Shown in pieces: positions 27,101 through 37,472 of a stretch of DNA of 64,000 nt. The DNA is taken from positions 14,268,655 to 14,332,654 of the forward strand of contig NC_134033.1 of assembly GCF_964204645.1 (NCBI RefSeq). Direction: 5' to 3'. Made by a program: the position numbers and the translations under genes. Source of the stretch: Tubulanus polymorphus. Its lineage: Eukaryota > Animalia > Nemertea. Below the pieces are notes generated by a model. The model saw only the letters and a program-made list of their open reading frames with translations, ran no database searches and was not told where the DNA came from. The number at the start of each line of letters is the position of its first letter. Position 1 is the first letter of the stretch.

Positions 27101-30100
27101 TCGCGATTATTTCTGACGCAGCTAGTACCGGTAGGTTTTTAACCCTTTCAACTGCGGTGTATACATCAGTGATGGATTTTGCTAGTACACCGCAATGCAG
27201 TGTATTGATGTAATTAGTAATTATCCCTCTTGAAAAATGGCAGCGCGTGTCAAACATAGTGAAATACTAGTAACTAACGTTACACCGCACCGCAGTGTAG
27301 ACACACTATAGTGGTATTCCCGTTGTTCAACACACTAGGGTGGAATTTTTTAGAATTTTCAAATTATCTCCAGCTCTATAGGGTATTAATTAGTCAGCAC
27401 TGAAAGGGTTAACGATATGTTTAGTATAGTTGATCGACAGTCTTTGATCTCGTCTATCTATAGTAAAACCCAACGTGCGCAATACAAGGAGATACAGAAA
27501 CACATTTGACAAACATGTTTGATCTTGAAAACACTGTTTCCTGAAATCTTGTTTCAAGTACCGGGTAAGCGCACACGACACAGGCACATACGCTCTGTTT
27601 CCACGTTTCCGGCGCCCAGTGCTTTGGACTTTACGATATAACTCTATGCTTTAACTCGTCGTAAAATGAACCGGACCCAGTTCCGCAGTTGTGAGTTCAG
27701 ATTCAACTCGGAGCTAAGTAATTAGAAATATTGAATTAACTCTAACTGCGTTGAGTTACCTCTAACTCAAAACTGTGGAACTGGGCCCAGTTGAACTCGC
27801 TTATCTCCGATCAACCGGGATTGGAAAATGTTGTCTGACTTAAACGAAATCCGAATAATGTGCTCTCGTTTGAATAGAAGTAACCTAGAGAGAGGACTGG
27901 AATTTTAGTCCGAAATAAGTGAAAATCGGAATAAAACCGATCGGAATTTAACGCATTTTACTGAACTAACTGGATACTCAAGGATTTAAGTCTCGTTGTT
28001 TTAGGTATATCACTCCACGCGGATCATCGAGTCGGCAATCAACGCAGACGCATTCATTTAACGATCGAGTTGCCGTGGAGCGCGGATAAAGCCGTCCAAC
28101 AACTAGGACGATCGCATCGTTCAAATCAGTCGAGGTGAGCAGTGGTTACTTCGGGGTTCGTTTCCAAGAAAGTTCATTTTTGGTCATTAAGCTATCGGTC
28201 TATCAATGTTTTCAATGAGGACAACAATCAAAACTGAAAAGGGGTTTAAGCTTAAACTTCTGGGGCCGGTTGCATAGTCATGGCTTAGACTTAAGACCAG
28301 TCTAAGACCAACTTAATTCTTCTTGGGAGCCACTCATTCGCATGTGCTCCACTCATCCACATGTATTCCACTCATCCACATGTATTCCACTCATCCACAT
28401 GTATTCCACTCATCCACATGTATTCCACTCATCCACATGTATTCCACTCATCCACATGTATTCCACTCATCCACATGTATTCCACTCATCCACATGTGCT
28501 CCACTCATCCACATGTATTCCACTCATCCACATGTATTCCACTCATCCACATGTATTCCACTCATCCACATGTATTCCACTCATCCACATGTATTCCACT
28601 CATCCACATGTATTCCACTCATCCACATGTATTCCACTCATCCACATGTATTCCGCTCATCCGGTATTGTTTGTCTGTTACAGCGGACCGTTGTATAAAC
28701 TACTAACGACTAATCTCGGTGGAGAGCGCCGGTTCGCTGCGGCCGTCGCGCGGAGATTACTCAGTTTAGGAGCGTTGACTAAAGGAGACCGTCGAGCGGC
28801 TACCGGCGCTGATTTGACTGATTTTAATTTCGACACGCCGTACGGACGGTCGGCTCTACGCACCATGTATAACGCTATAATCAAGGTTCGTTACTCGGCC
28901 AGTTAACAAGAAAATACTAATCCTTGTTGTTAGGATGATTTATAAAGAATCCCCACGATAATGTACCAATGAAAGAATGATATCAAGTCCTCGTGAAGAT
29001 GACTATTAGGTTATAGTCGAAACGTCAAATAAACTACCAGCTCGAGGAAACATTTTCTTACTTAATATAATTTTTTCGTTGGTATTATGGCATTCTCTAT
29101 ATGTTACTCTGCCAGTGTTACTGCGGCAAGCGGTGATCTGCTGGGTTCACCTTTCTGATGTCATATTTTTATTGATAATTGTAGCAGTGGGTCAAGAAAA
29201 CTGCCCACTAAGTTTCACATCGAAATGCCTTTCATGAGAAATGTGGTTAATAGCTTATTCTATAATGTGTCTTTTTCTAAGGTCTCTGCATGGACAGAGC
29301 TGCCAACTGTGAAATACTGATTACAAGAAATACTGATTTGATTTGTTTGAAATATGAAGGATGTTACTGACAGTCTTAATGTTGATATTTGAACATTTTC
29401 TTTCATATTTCAATAAGATGTTACTGAAAAAAATTCGATTTGTTTTCGATGGCACTTTTCAGTGGTTGGCAGCCCTGCATGGATATGTTAACCTGCTCTT
29501 GAAAACGCCAAACAGAATTGTTAAATCATCAACTGTGGGTTTTGCTCAATAACTCTGAAATATTGAGGTTGATTTCAGTCGTATTTACTACATGTTGTTT
29601 ACAGCGAGAACTGCCAAATGGAATCATTGAATCCGAGGTGATCGGCGATTGCGCAGACTTTCAGATATTCTCCGGATTGTTGACGGATTGTTTGCCGTTG
29701 ATGGGTATCGTCGACAGTCAAGGTCACGTCGGGCAGGTTCTGAAGGAGAAAGACTTGAACGACGTCGGCAAATTTCTGAATCGAATCCTCGGCTTGTCGG
29801 TCAGATACCAGAACATCGTAAGTCGTATCCGATATATATATATAAGGGTGGCTCCGAAATTATCCGAATCAGAACTGTTACGATTTGTGACTATAAACGC
29901 TGTTCATAATTTTGGAGAAATTCATACAAATATGGTTCTTACGGGTTTCCGGAAGTTTTGAAAATGGGGATTTTCTTCCAGGCCCTATGAAAAGTTATGG
30001 AATATTTTTTCTCTATGGCTATGGAGAAGGTATGGAAAATCAGAAAATGGTCTCAGAATAGGATTTTCCTACATTACCTGTTCTAGGTTGGGAATGTATA

Positions 30101-33100
30101 GCTTAGGGGTATGGAAAATTTTTAATCCGGGCGTGGAAAAGATATGAAAAATGAAATCGGGAAACCTGTAAGAACCCTGAAGAAATCAATTTTGTCTCAA
30201 GCTTCAAATAATGATGTGTAATTCTCAAATCAAACTCCTTTCCAATAGTTCGGTGTAATTTTTTCGTTGCAGATTTTCACGTATTTTAGTAAATGTCTGG
30301 AGAACGCGATTCAAATCGCGAAGAAAGAAGGGCATTATAACGAAGGCCTCGTTGATCTGACCGCGACGTCTATTAAAATACACGGCGTACCGGAGACCAT
30401 CTTTCAGGACAGTCTTTCAGGAATCGAAACTAAGTAAGTTACACAGGGTTTCGATTGAAATATGGGAAATGCAAATATCGGATATCTGCAATAGAAAATC
30501 GTTTAAAAAATGTGAAATATTTTTTAAAATAAGTGAAAAATGTGAAATACTTCTAAAAATCAGTGTGAATTTATGAAAAAGTGCGAAAAATTTAAGAAAA
30601 GTAAAGTCAAGATAATTTGAAATACTTCGATCCATTTTCAGGCACAAAACGTTGATCGTAGACCGCGGAATGAGTCTCCAGGTGGCGTTAGAGAAGAGTC
30701 GAAAATACACGGGGAAACACGACGGATTCTACGTGTCTCGTAACGAGGTCAGAGGTCATAAGTTCTATCTGTTAGCGATGCAGAGAGAGAACTCGACGCA
30801 CATGTTTAAGATAGCCAGGTGCGCATTCAACAATAGCCCCATTAGCTAGCTGATATTTTATTTTAGTACTTTAACACCCACTAAACCAAGGGGGCTGGCA
30901 AATTATTCCAAAAACTCTGAAATGAAAGAAAAATATTGACACTATATACAGGGCTCTTATAGATTAAGGAGGATTAGGAAATTCCAGATTTATTTTTCCC
31001 TGTAGTTGGAAAATCCTGAAGTCAGGCAATTTTGACTTCAAGGAATTGGAATTTCAGGTGTCTTGTTGTTCTTGCTGGTGACGAGTGGCACAAGGAACCT
31101 CTTGATAAGAAACAGCATCCACTGAAAATATCTTATAATTTCATCAGGGAATTTTATTTTCTGGTTTCTTGTTGTTCTCGCTGGTGACGAGTGGCACAAG
31201 TAACCTCTTGATAAGAAACAGACCCCACTGAGGATATCTTATAATATAATCAGTGACCCCTTTGGTTGAGGGACTTCATGCATTCCCTGATCCGCAAAAA
31301 CCCTGTATACGTATATTAAAACAGAATTAAAAGCCTTCAATCTGTAGGGATACTAAAATCCTTGAAGCCCTCAACAGTTTTATGGTTGGTTTCCATAGAC
31401 AAGTGGCTGTCCAATATCAATAGTAGATAAAAACCCACAATAAAAAGAAAAAACTATCTTGTAGCTTAACGTTTCAACTCAATTCTATGAGCCATTATCA
31501 AAAACTGTTTTTGATAATGGCTCATAGCATTGAGTTGAAACGTTAAGCTACAAGATAGTTTTTTCTTATTATTGTGGGTTTTATCTACTAGTTTTATGGT
31601 GTTATTAAACAAAGCGATGTTTTGTCATTTTCTAGACCGAATACCGGTATGTCGGCGTTCGACGAAGAATTGTCGTGGTTGAATAATAAATATATCAAAG
31701 TCGCGCCGCATAAACTGGAATCGGCGAAGGAAGGATGGAACGAAGCGTACGACAGAATGAAATCAGAATGTATACACGGTCCGTTGTGTAAACACGGCCA
31801 TGATTGTACAGGTAAATAATCCTCTCCAACATAGCTTAGTTACGCGATGTAAGTTGTTGGACCAAAGGGTAACTTCGTTCAGCAATTTGTCTAGGAAATC
31901 ACTCTCATTAACCAGTCACCAGGCTGAATTGTGAATTATTGAGTTGAATGCGTAATACCGCAAATATGTACAGTCTCGATATTGAGTGGGGTAGCCTTCA
32001 GATCGAGCTCATTATGAGTAAGAAACAAAACCCTTATTATGGTACATTGATAGACGCCGCAGTGGTATTCAGCGATTGTCCGAGCGGGAAGGCCGTTAAT
32101 TACAGGTATCTATTTGCAAAGGGGTCACGATAAAGTGCTTGTTGTGATCACTGCTGTTTCAATTCTCTTCTAAGACTAAGAAAATTGATCCGCGCAATGA
32201 ATAACAACAACAGAAAGCTCATCGTCGATAACAATTGTAATTCCGCGCGGCGCGAGATTCAACCATTTGTTTCTCAGAGTTTGTCTAATGCAGTCGTGGT
32301 ATTATTATTATTATTGATTATTTTCAGTCGGCAGTCGATGTTATAAAGTTCATCTATTGTGCGGAGGTATTGTTTCGATGATGGCGTTGTTAGAAGCGAG
32401 CATCGCCCGATTCGGCACTAAACTACAACTCACGTAAGGAAACTTCGCTCGAAAATGATTAATAACCAATCCTAAGATGATGATATTTTTGAAGTTAATT
32501 CATCTAACATTATCGGGGTCCCTCTGAATCCTTAAGAACTCCATCAAAGTGGAAAATGCTTTTAAAGGTGCTCGAGACTCTTTCAATTAGAGCATAATGT
32601 CAGAAACTCCTTCAATTTTGAGAAATAGTCAATTAGAAATTTTTGTCTAGTTCGTAGTTGTACCGAAATCTACGGGTACCACTAAATCCGTACTGTTAGG
32701 ATCAGGCTTGATTTTTACCCAATTAGGCAGTAACCGAATTAGAAACCAAGATATATAGACTACGCCTAAGTCAGTTGAGTTGGAACCAAGATCTATTTTT
32801 GTTACCTGATTAGGTGGTACCATAAATAATAAACCAAATAAAAAACCAAGTTTAGTAGTGTCCAGAATGAATATATGTTTATGAAACGACCAAATTACCA
32901 GTTGTATAGAAAGGCATGTAAACCCACAGTGGAAATAAACAACTATTTTGACTACGAATACCGGTATGAATTTATACAGATTAATATGTGTGACCGCACT
33001 TTAGAACTTATTGATCGAGAGTAAATATGGCACGACTAGCAAATAAATATGAGTTTAGTTTAGGTTTGGCATGATTTAATGTCTAACAGCCTCGGGGTCA

Positions 33101-34595
33101 TTCTTATTACGTACGCATTAGGGGAGGGGGGAGGGGTCAGTGCAATTGCGTACTGTAATGCTTAATGTATATGAAAAAATTTCAAATTTTATGCGTACAT
33201 AATAAATGAATGATCCCCTCCCTGTTTGTTATTTTCCAGCGCAGCCGAGAAGAGTTTACGTGTCGTACGCTGTGAGCTCGACGGCGGCGAACGAATCGTC
33301 GGCGTACGATTCCCCGAAGAGTTGATTCCCGACGTCGAGAGAAGTTTGAAAGAGCGACGACTTTGCGAGAAACTACGACAGAAAGGAGTCAATGTAAGAT
33401 GGTCAAAGAATTGAGAAAAATTAAATTAGAACTTATTCGAATTTTGATTGTGCGATTGTACAATTTAAACAAAATTTTCGATTGAATTAAAGAGATCGAT
33501 ATTGGAAAATTTTTATAAATTTTTGCAAAATTTGTTTGTAAATTTGATTGAAAAATGAAATTTATTTTAAAATTTGTAAAATTTAAAGAAGTTTGTCAAT
33601 TGAAAAAATGGGATTCATATTAGAAAATTTTCAAATTTTGTCAATTTTTGAGAAATTTATTGAATATTTTGTTGAAAAAATAAGATAAAATTTTTTTTTT
33701 TTTTCAGACTAGCGAGCTACCGCCGGGTGTTGCCGCGGCGATGGTTCAACAATTAATGCGTACGAACGCGTCGCTCCTGGATACGAGTAGCGTCGCGCAG
33801 CAGACGATTGAACCGGCCGCGCCCGTCAAACCGAACTGCCTGAAAAAAGCGACCACCGAACCGCCGACGATGCTGTCGTTTTTCAAGGTCGTCGATAAGA
33901 AAACGCACGAGCGCGCCGTCACGACCGGTTTGAAAAACATCCCGACGTCCAACAACGATAACGACGTCACCGGGAAAAAATCCGACGCAAAAAATTTGAC
34001 TAAAAGGCGTAAAATGGACTCGAAATCGGATAGTATCGCGACGAAGGATCCCGATTGGTGCGAATCCGCGGGAAGCCGCGCGCGCAATTCGCCGATTAAT
34101 CCGGCGCGAAAACAGACTCAGATATCCCTGCGGCAACCGACGCCCGTTCCCGTCGAGATCGTCGTGCTTAGCGATAGCGAGGAGGAAACTGAGAACGAGA
34201 AGAAGGAGGAATCGACCGTCGACGAGGGTCGGACGGAATGCGCTGCGACAACCGAACTCGCGGAGAACGACTCATCGTCGTCGTCATCGGCGCAAAGGAG
34301 GAAATCGGCCCGCAAATCTCTGAAACGTAATTACTCGCAGACGTTAGACACGGAGGATGAGGAGAATGAGGAAAATAACGATAACATAAAACGAGGAGAT
34401 GATGATGATGATGGGACTGAGAGCGGCACGTCGAAAATGGAATCCTCGGCGAACTCGTCTTCCGCGCGTAAAAGCAAACGAGGCCGACCTCGTAAAACGG
34501 CGGCAGATTCGGATAAACGAAAAACTAACGCGAACGAGGATTCTTCCTCGCGTGCGAAAAAACCTTGCGGACGCCCTCGCAAATCGAACGATTGA
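21181..34595 (+). CDS. Strawberry notch family (SBNO/FORGETTER1-like) SF2 helicase-like protein, ~1573 aa, 19 coding exons
   Basis: Phase-consistent exons 21181-22505, 23140-23344, 23820-23872, 23952-24015, 24173-24263, 24357-24436, 25263-25330, 25420-25624, 26137-26342, 26913-27130, 28005-28134, 28684-28885, 29605-29817, 30273-30433, 30642-30818, 31636-31811, 32328-32433, 33240-33393, 33708-34595. Motifs: [104 protein letters not shown]. Confidence 0.93.
21250..21624 (+). repeat. Coding 27-bp (9-aa xSDLPTPxI) tandem repeat, ~15 units
   Basis: AGTGATCTACCTACTCCACAGAT.. repeats; shorter 8-aa variants keep the frame. Confidence 0.95.
22856..23115 (+). repeat. ~79-bp degenerate tandem repeat (~3 copies)
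   Basis: CCACTAGTGGTAAGTGAGGATCCACCAGGTGT-like units; a single relative lies at ~46785-46822. Confidence 0.65.
23543..23771. mobile_element. piggyBac-type MITE
   Basis: TTAA|CCCTTTCA...TGAAAGAG|TTAA; preceded by a truncated copy at ~23397-23530. Confidence 0.75.
25700..26100 (+). repeat. ~108-bp minisatellite family, ~3.5 tandem copies, in an SBNO-like intron
   Basis: Repeated GATCATCCACACTTC...GAGACATTTT..TGAAAATCAACTACAAACACCAGACATT. Confidence 0.8.
27143..27408. mobile_element. piggyBac-type MITE (266 bp)
   Basis: TTAA|CCCTTTCA...TGAAAGGG|TTAA; reverse orientation relative to the 23543 copy. Confidence 0.85.
28330..28661 (+). repeat. 19-bp minisatellite (CCACTCATCCACATGTATT) x ~17
   Basis: Near-perfect tandem array ending ~22 bp before the acceptor at 28683. 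Confidence 0.97.
31061..31245 (+). repeat. Direct duplication of ~80 bp (period ~106)
   Basis: TCTTGTTGTTCT.GCTGGTGACGAGTGGCACAAG.AACCTCTTGATAAGAAACAG at ~31061 and ~31167. Confidence 0.85.
31421..31590. repeat. 170-bp near-perfect palindrome containing a hammerhead-like unit
   Basis: Arms of ~84 bp centred near 31506 with a 1-nt loop. The right arm contains TTGATAA-T-GGCTCA-tagcat-TGAGTT-GAAACGTT. Confidence 0.9.
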
Positions 34596-37472
34596 TTGAA
34601 CGCAGTTGCAGTTGTTTCGAAGTGGAGAGATTTGGTGAAATCGGTGGGATTTTCTCTCAGCTCCTCAGTGTATAAACGTGTAGTTCAATGAATCTTAATG
34701 ATCCTAATGCATTTATGTTTTTGTTCATGTCATTTTATGAAGTCGTGTAGAAATGAATTTTTTTTTTTTAGAATGAAAATCGGGAATAACGAAATTTGTG
34801 AACTGTTCTCGATCATGTGTGAAATTCATGTTTTTCAATTGGTGCAATTGGGAGCGTGTGCATTGATAGAAATAGATACGCGGTAACCCAGCTATCAATC
34901 TGCAACCTGGACCCTGCCGCCCCTCAGGCATTCAATACTTAATCACAATTTTGATAATCCATTGTGTTCAGTGCTTCACCTGCGATATTTTGATTACGGA
35001 AAATGAACTACAAACACCAGACATTAGACATTTTATCGGCTCACTTTCAAAAATGGATCCCCCACACTTCACATGTGTACAGCTCTTCACTTGAGACAGT
35101 TTTAGACTTAGTGAAAATGAACTACTAACACCAGATATTAGATATTTTATATATTAGAGCATACTTTCAAAAACTGATCGTCCATTCTTCACATGTTTTC
35201 AGGACTTAGCCTGAGATTTTTGAAAGAACTACCGAGTCATGACTACCAACACATAAATCTTGTGTGTTCCCGGTTCAGGACCTAGCTGGAGAATGTCTGA
35301 ATGGGTCGGTCCAAATCATGTATATATTCGTAACTGATGTACTGTAATATCGCGCTGTTCTCACTCTGATGAATGATGTGTATGCAAAAAGACGGCAATT
35401 TTATTTGATACAATACAAAGTATTTTCTCTTTACAAAAATCAGTTCGTTCTCTTTTCAATCATACAGTTTCTATCGACCATCTCCGAACAGTTCGCCATT
35501 GATACCGATACAGCGTACATGACGTCATAGCGCGTAATGTCGGCCATGAAGCGTAGCGGTCTAAACTGGAGTTTTAAGTCACAGTTGATTGGTCTGGCAT
35601 TGTGACGTAGTGAATGAGACACGTGACGTAGTAACGTCGGTGGTGAATTACTTGACAGGAAGTGACGGCCGAATATACTTTCAATCACATGTTAGTGGTC
35701 GCGATCAAAACAACTCGACAAAATGTGGACGTTTCCGAGTGCAAAAAAAGATCAATGACCATTGAGCGCAATTGAATATCCCGTATCGATATACGGGGGG
35801 GGGGGGGGGTTCAGTCAAATGGGGCCTCGAATGTAACGATTTATATGTTATTACCAACAAAGAATTTCGTCCTAATTAGGACTGATAATCACGAACAGAT
35901 TTTTTGATCCCCTAAATTGTAACGTCACGAGGCCCGTACCACTAAATATACAAGGACAGTCACTGAACTGGGATGCTTAGTTAGACGAGCCCTTCCTTGC
36001 CGGATGTGCTCGGGCATAGATATTCATATTATTTGACGTAAATATAACGCCACACATTACGGAAAATGCCGTCGTTCGAATATTTTTAGACAATCGAACA
36101 TTGATGATGTAATCATTAAGCCTTTAGTGGAGCCACTAATGCGTCTCCCCACGGGGCGAGCTCTTGTCGGTTTTGGTTCATTAGCGAATCGCTGAGCTTG
36201 CTAAATGAAAAATATATCACACTTACGGGAATAGACGTGATGAAAATGAGGGCAATGTAATTTACAAAATAGTCAATTATTAATAATGTAACCGGAGATA
36301 TCCATTAACGCTAATACGATTTAAACTACTTATAGTTCCGATTCGATATTTATCTCATGTATATTTAAAAAGTCGATCTCGACGAACGTTTAATTCATAA
36401 TTTCACAATTTCCTCATTGAATCCCGTGTTCGCGGCTGGCCTTCATCGTGTGGTTGTGCAGCGCGATAAAAACATATGCTACTCGCTCTATGGCTATTAA
36501 AAACCGGTTGGTTTTGCCATTATAGAAATCGGTTTTAAATCAATTTCTAGGGTTTAACCTCAGAGTAATCTCCAAGGTTTTGCATTCATCTGATCGCCTC
36601 GATGCGATTCTTTGACTTGATTGTCAGATCAGGCACGAATTCGTGACGACCAAGGGCAGACGACAGGAGCACAAAGAAACGAGAAGGGCATACATTTCAA
36701 TGGGGCAAGTTTCGACGCAGAGCCAGCGCCAAGCCAAAACAGGGGGCTGGAAAATGTAGAAATTCTTAAGTGCATTTTTTTGGGTAAAATTTGTGGCCCC
36801 TTGAGTGACAAGTGATAAAGCTAATAAAGATAATAAGCTGAATCTGTGCTGCAGAATGCTGTTCTGTTAGTTGTGGGTGGAAAAATTAAAATTGTAGGCA
36901 TAAAAACTCGAGTGTGAAATTTCTTTTTGTTTTCAATTGAAATTTGGAAATTGTCGTTGTTTTCGGTGAGTTTTCTGGCCGATTATAAACGCAGTTTGTA
37001 TTTCTGAGATCTGACTGTGCAGTTTTTGAACTGAGATCCGGAAGAAAATATGTACTTTAGTGTATGAAAGAGCTTCTTTTGTGAAGACGACTGGAGAGGT
37101 TGACATCACCGGGTCATCGTTCGGGCACACTGTTATTATCGTGGTCGCGCGTGCTGTTCTCTCATTTATACCCCGCGTTCCATTTTATTGAGTTCAATCA
37201 CGGTTGATACGCGACAAAAATACGCACGCACGCACGCACGAACGCACCTCGCACGCCGCAGATACTCAGACGTTTTCGTGCTCAGACGATCGGGTCGATC
37301 ATCAGTGTTTAGTGTGAGAGAGAGAGAGTGTGTGTACGGTGTATACAGCGACGGCTGTTCCGATGTTCGATGCTAGGCACTGAGGGAATAATACTATCCT
37401 GCGTTTATACCGTTAACAAAGACTAACGCAGTCTCTACGCGTTAATATATATTCACAATCAATATATTCGAT

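Noticed and set aside
28323-28698. His/Cys-rich repeat ORFs in three frames
   Set aside because: They are artefacts of a stop-free 19-bp minisatellite inside an intron.
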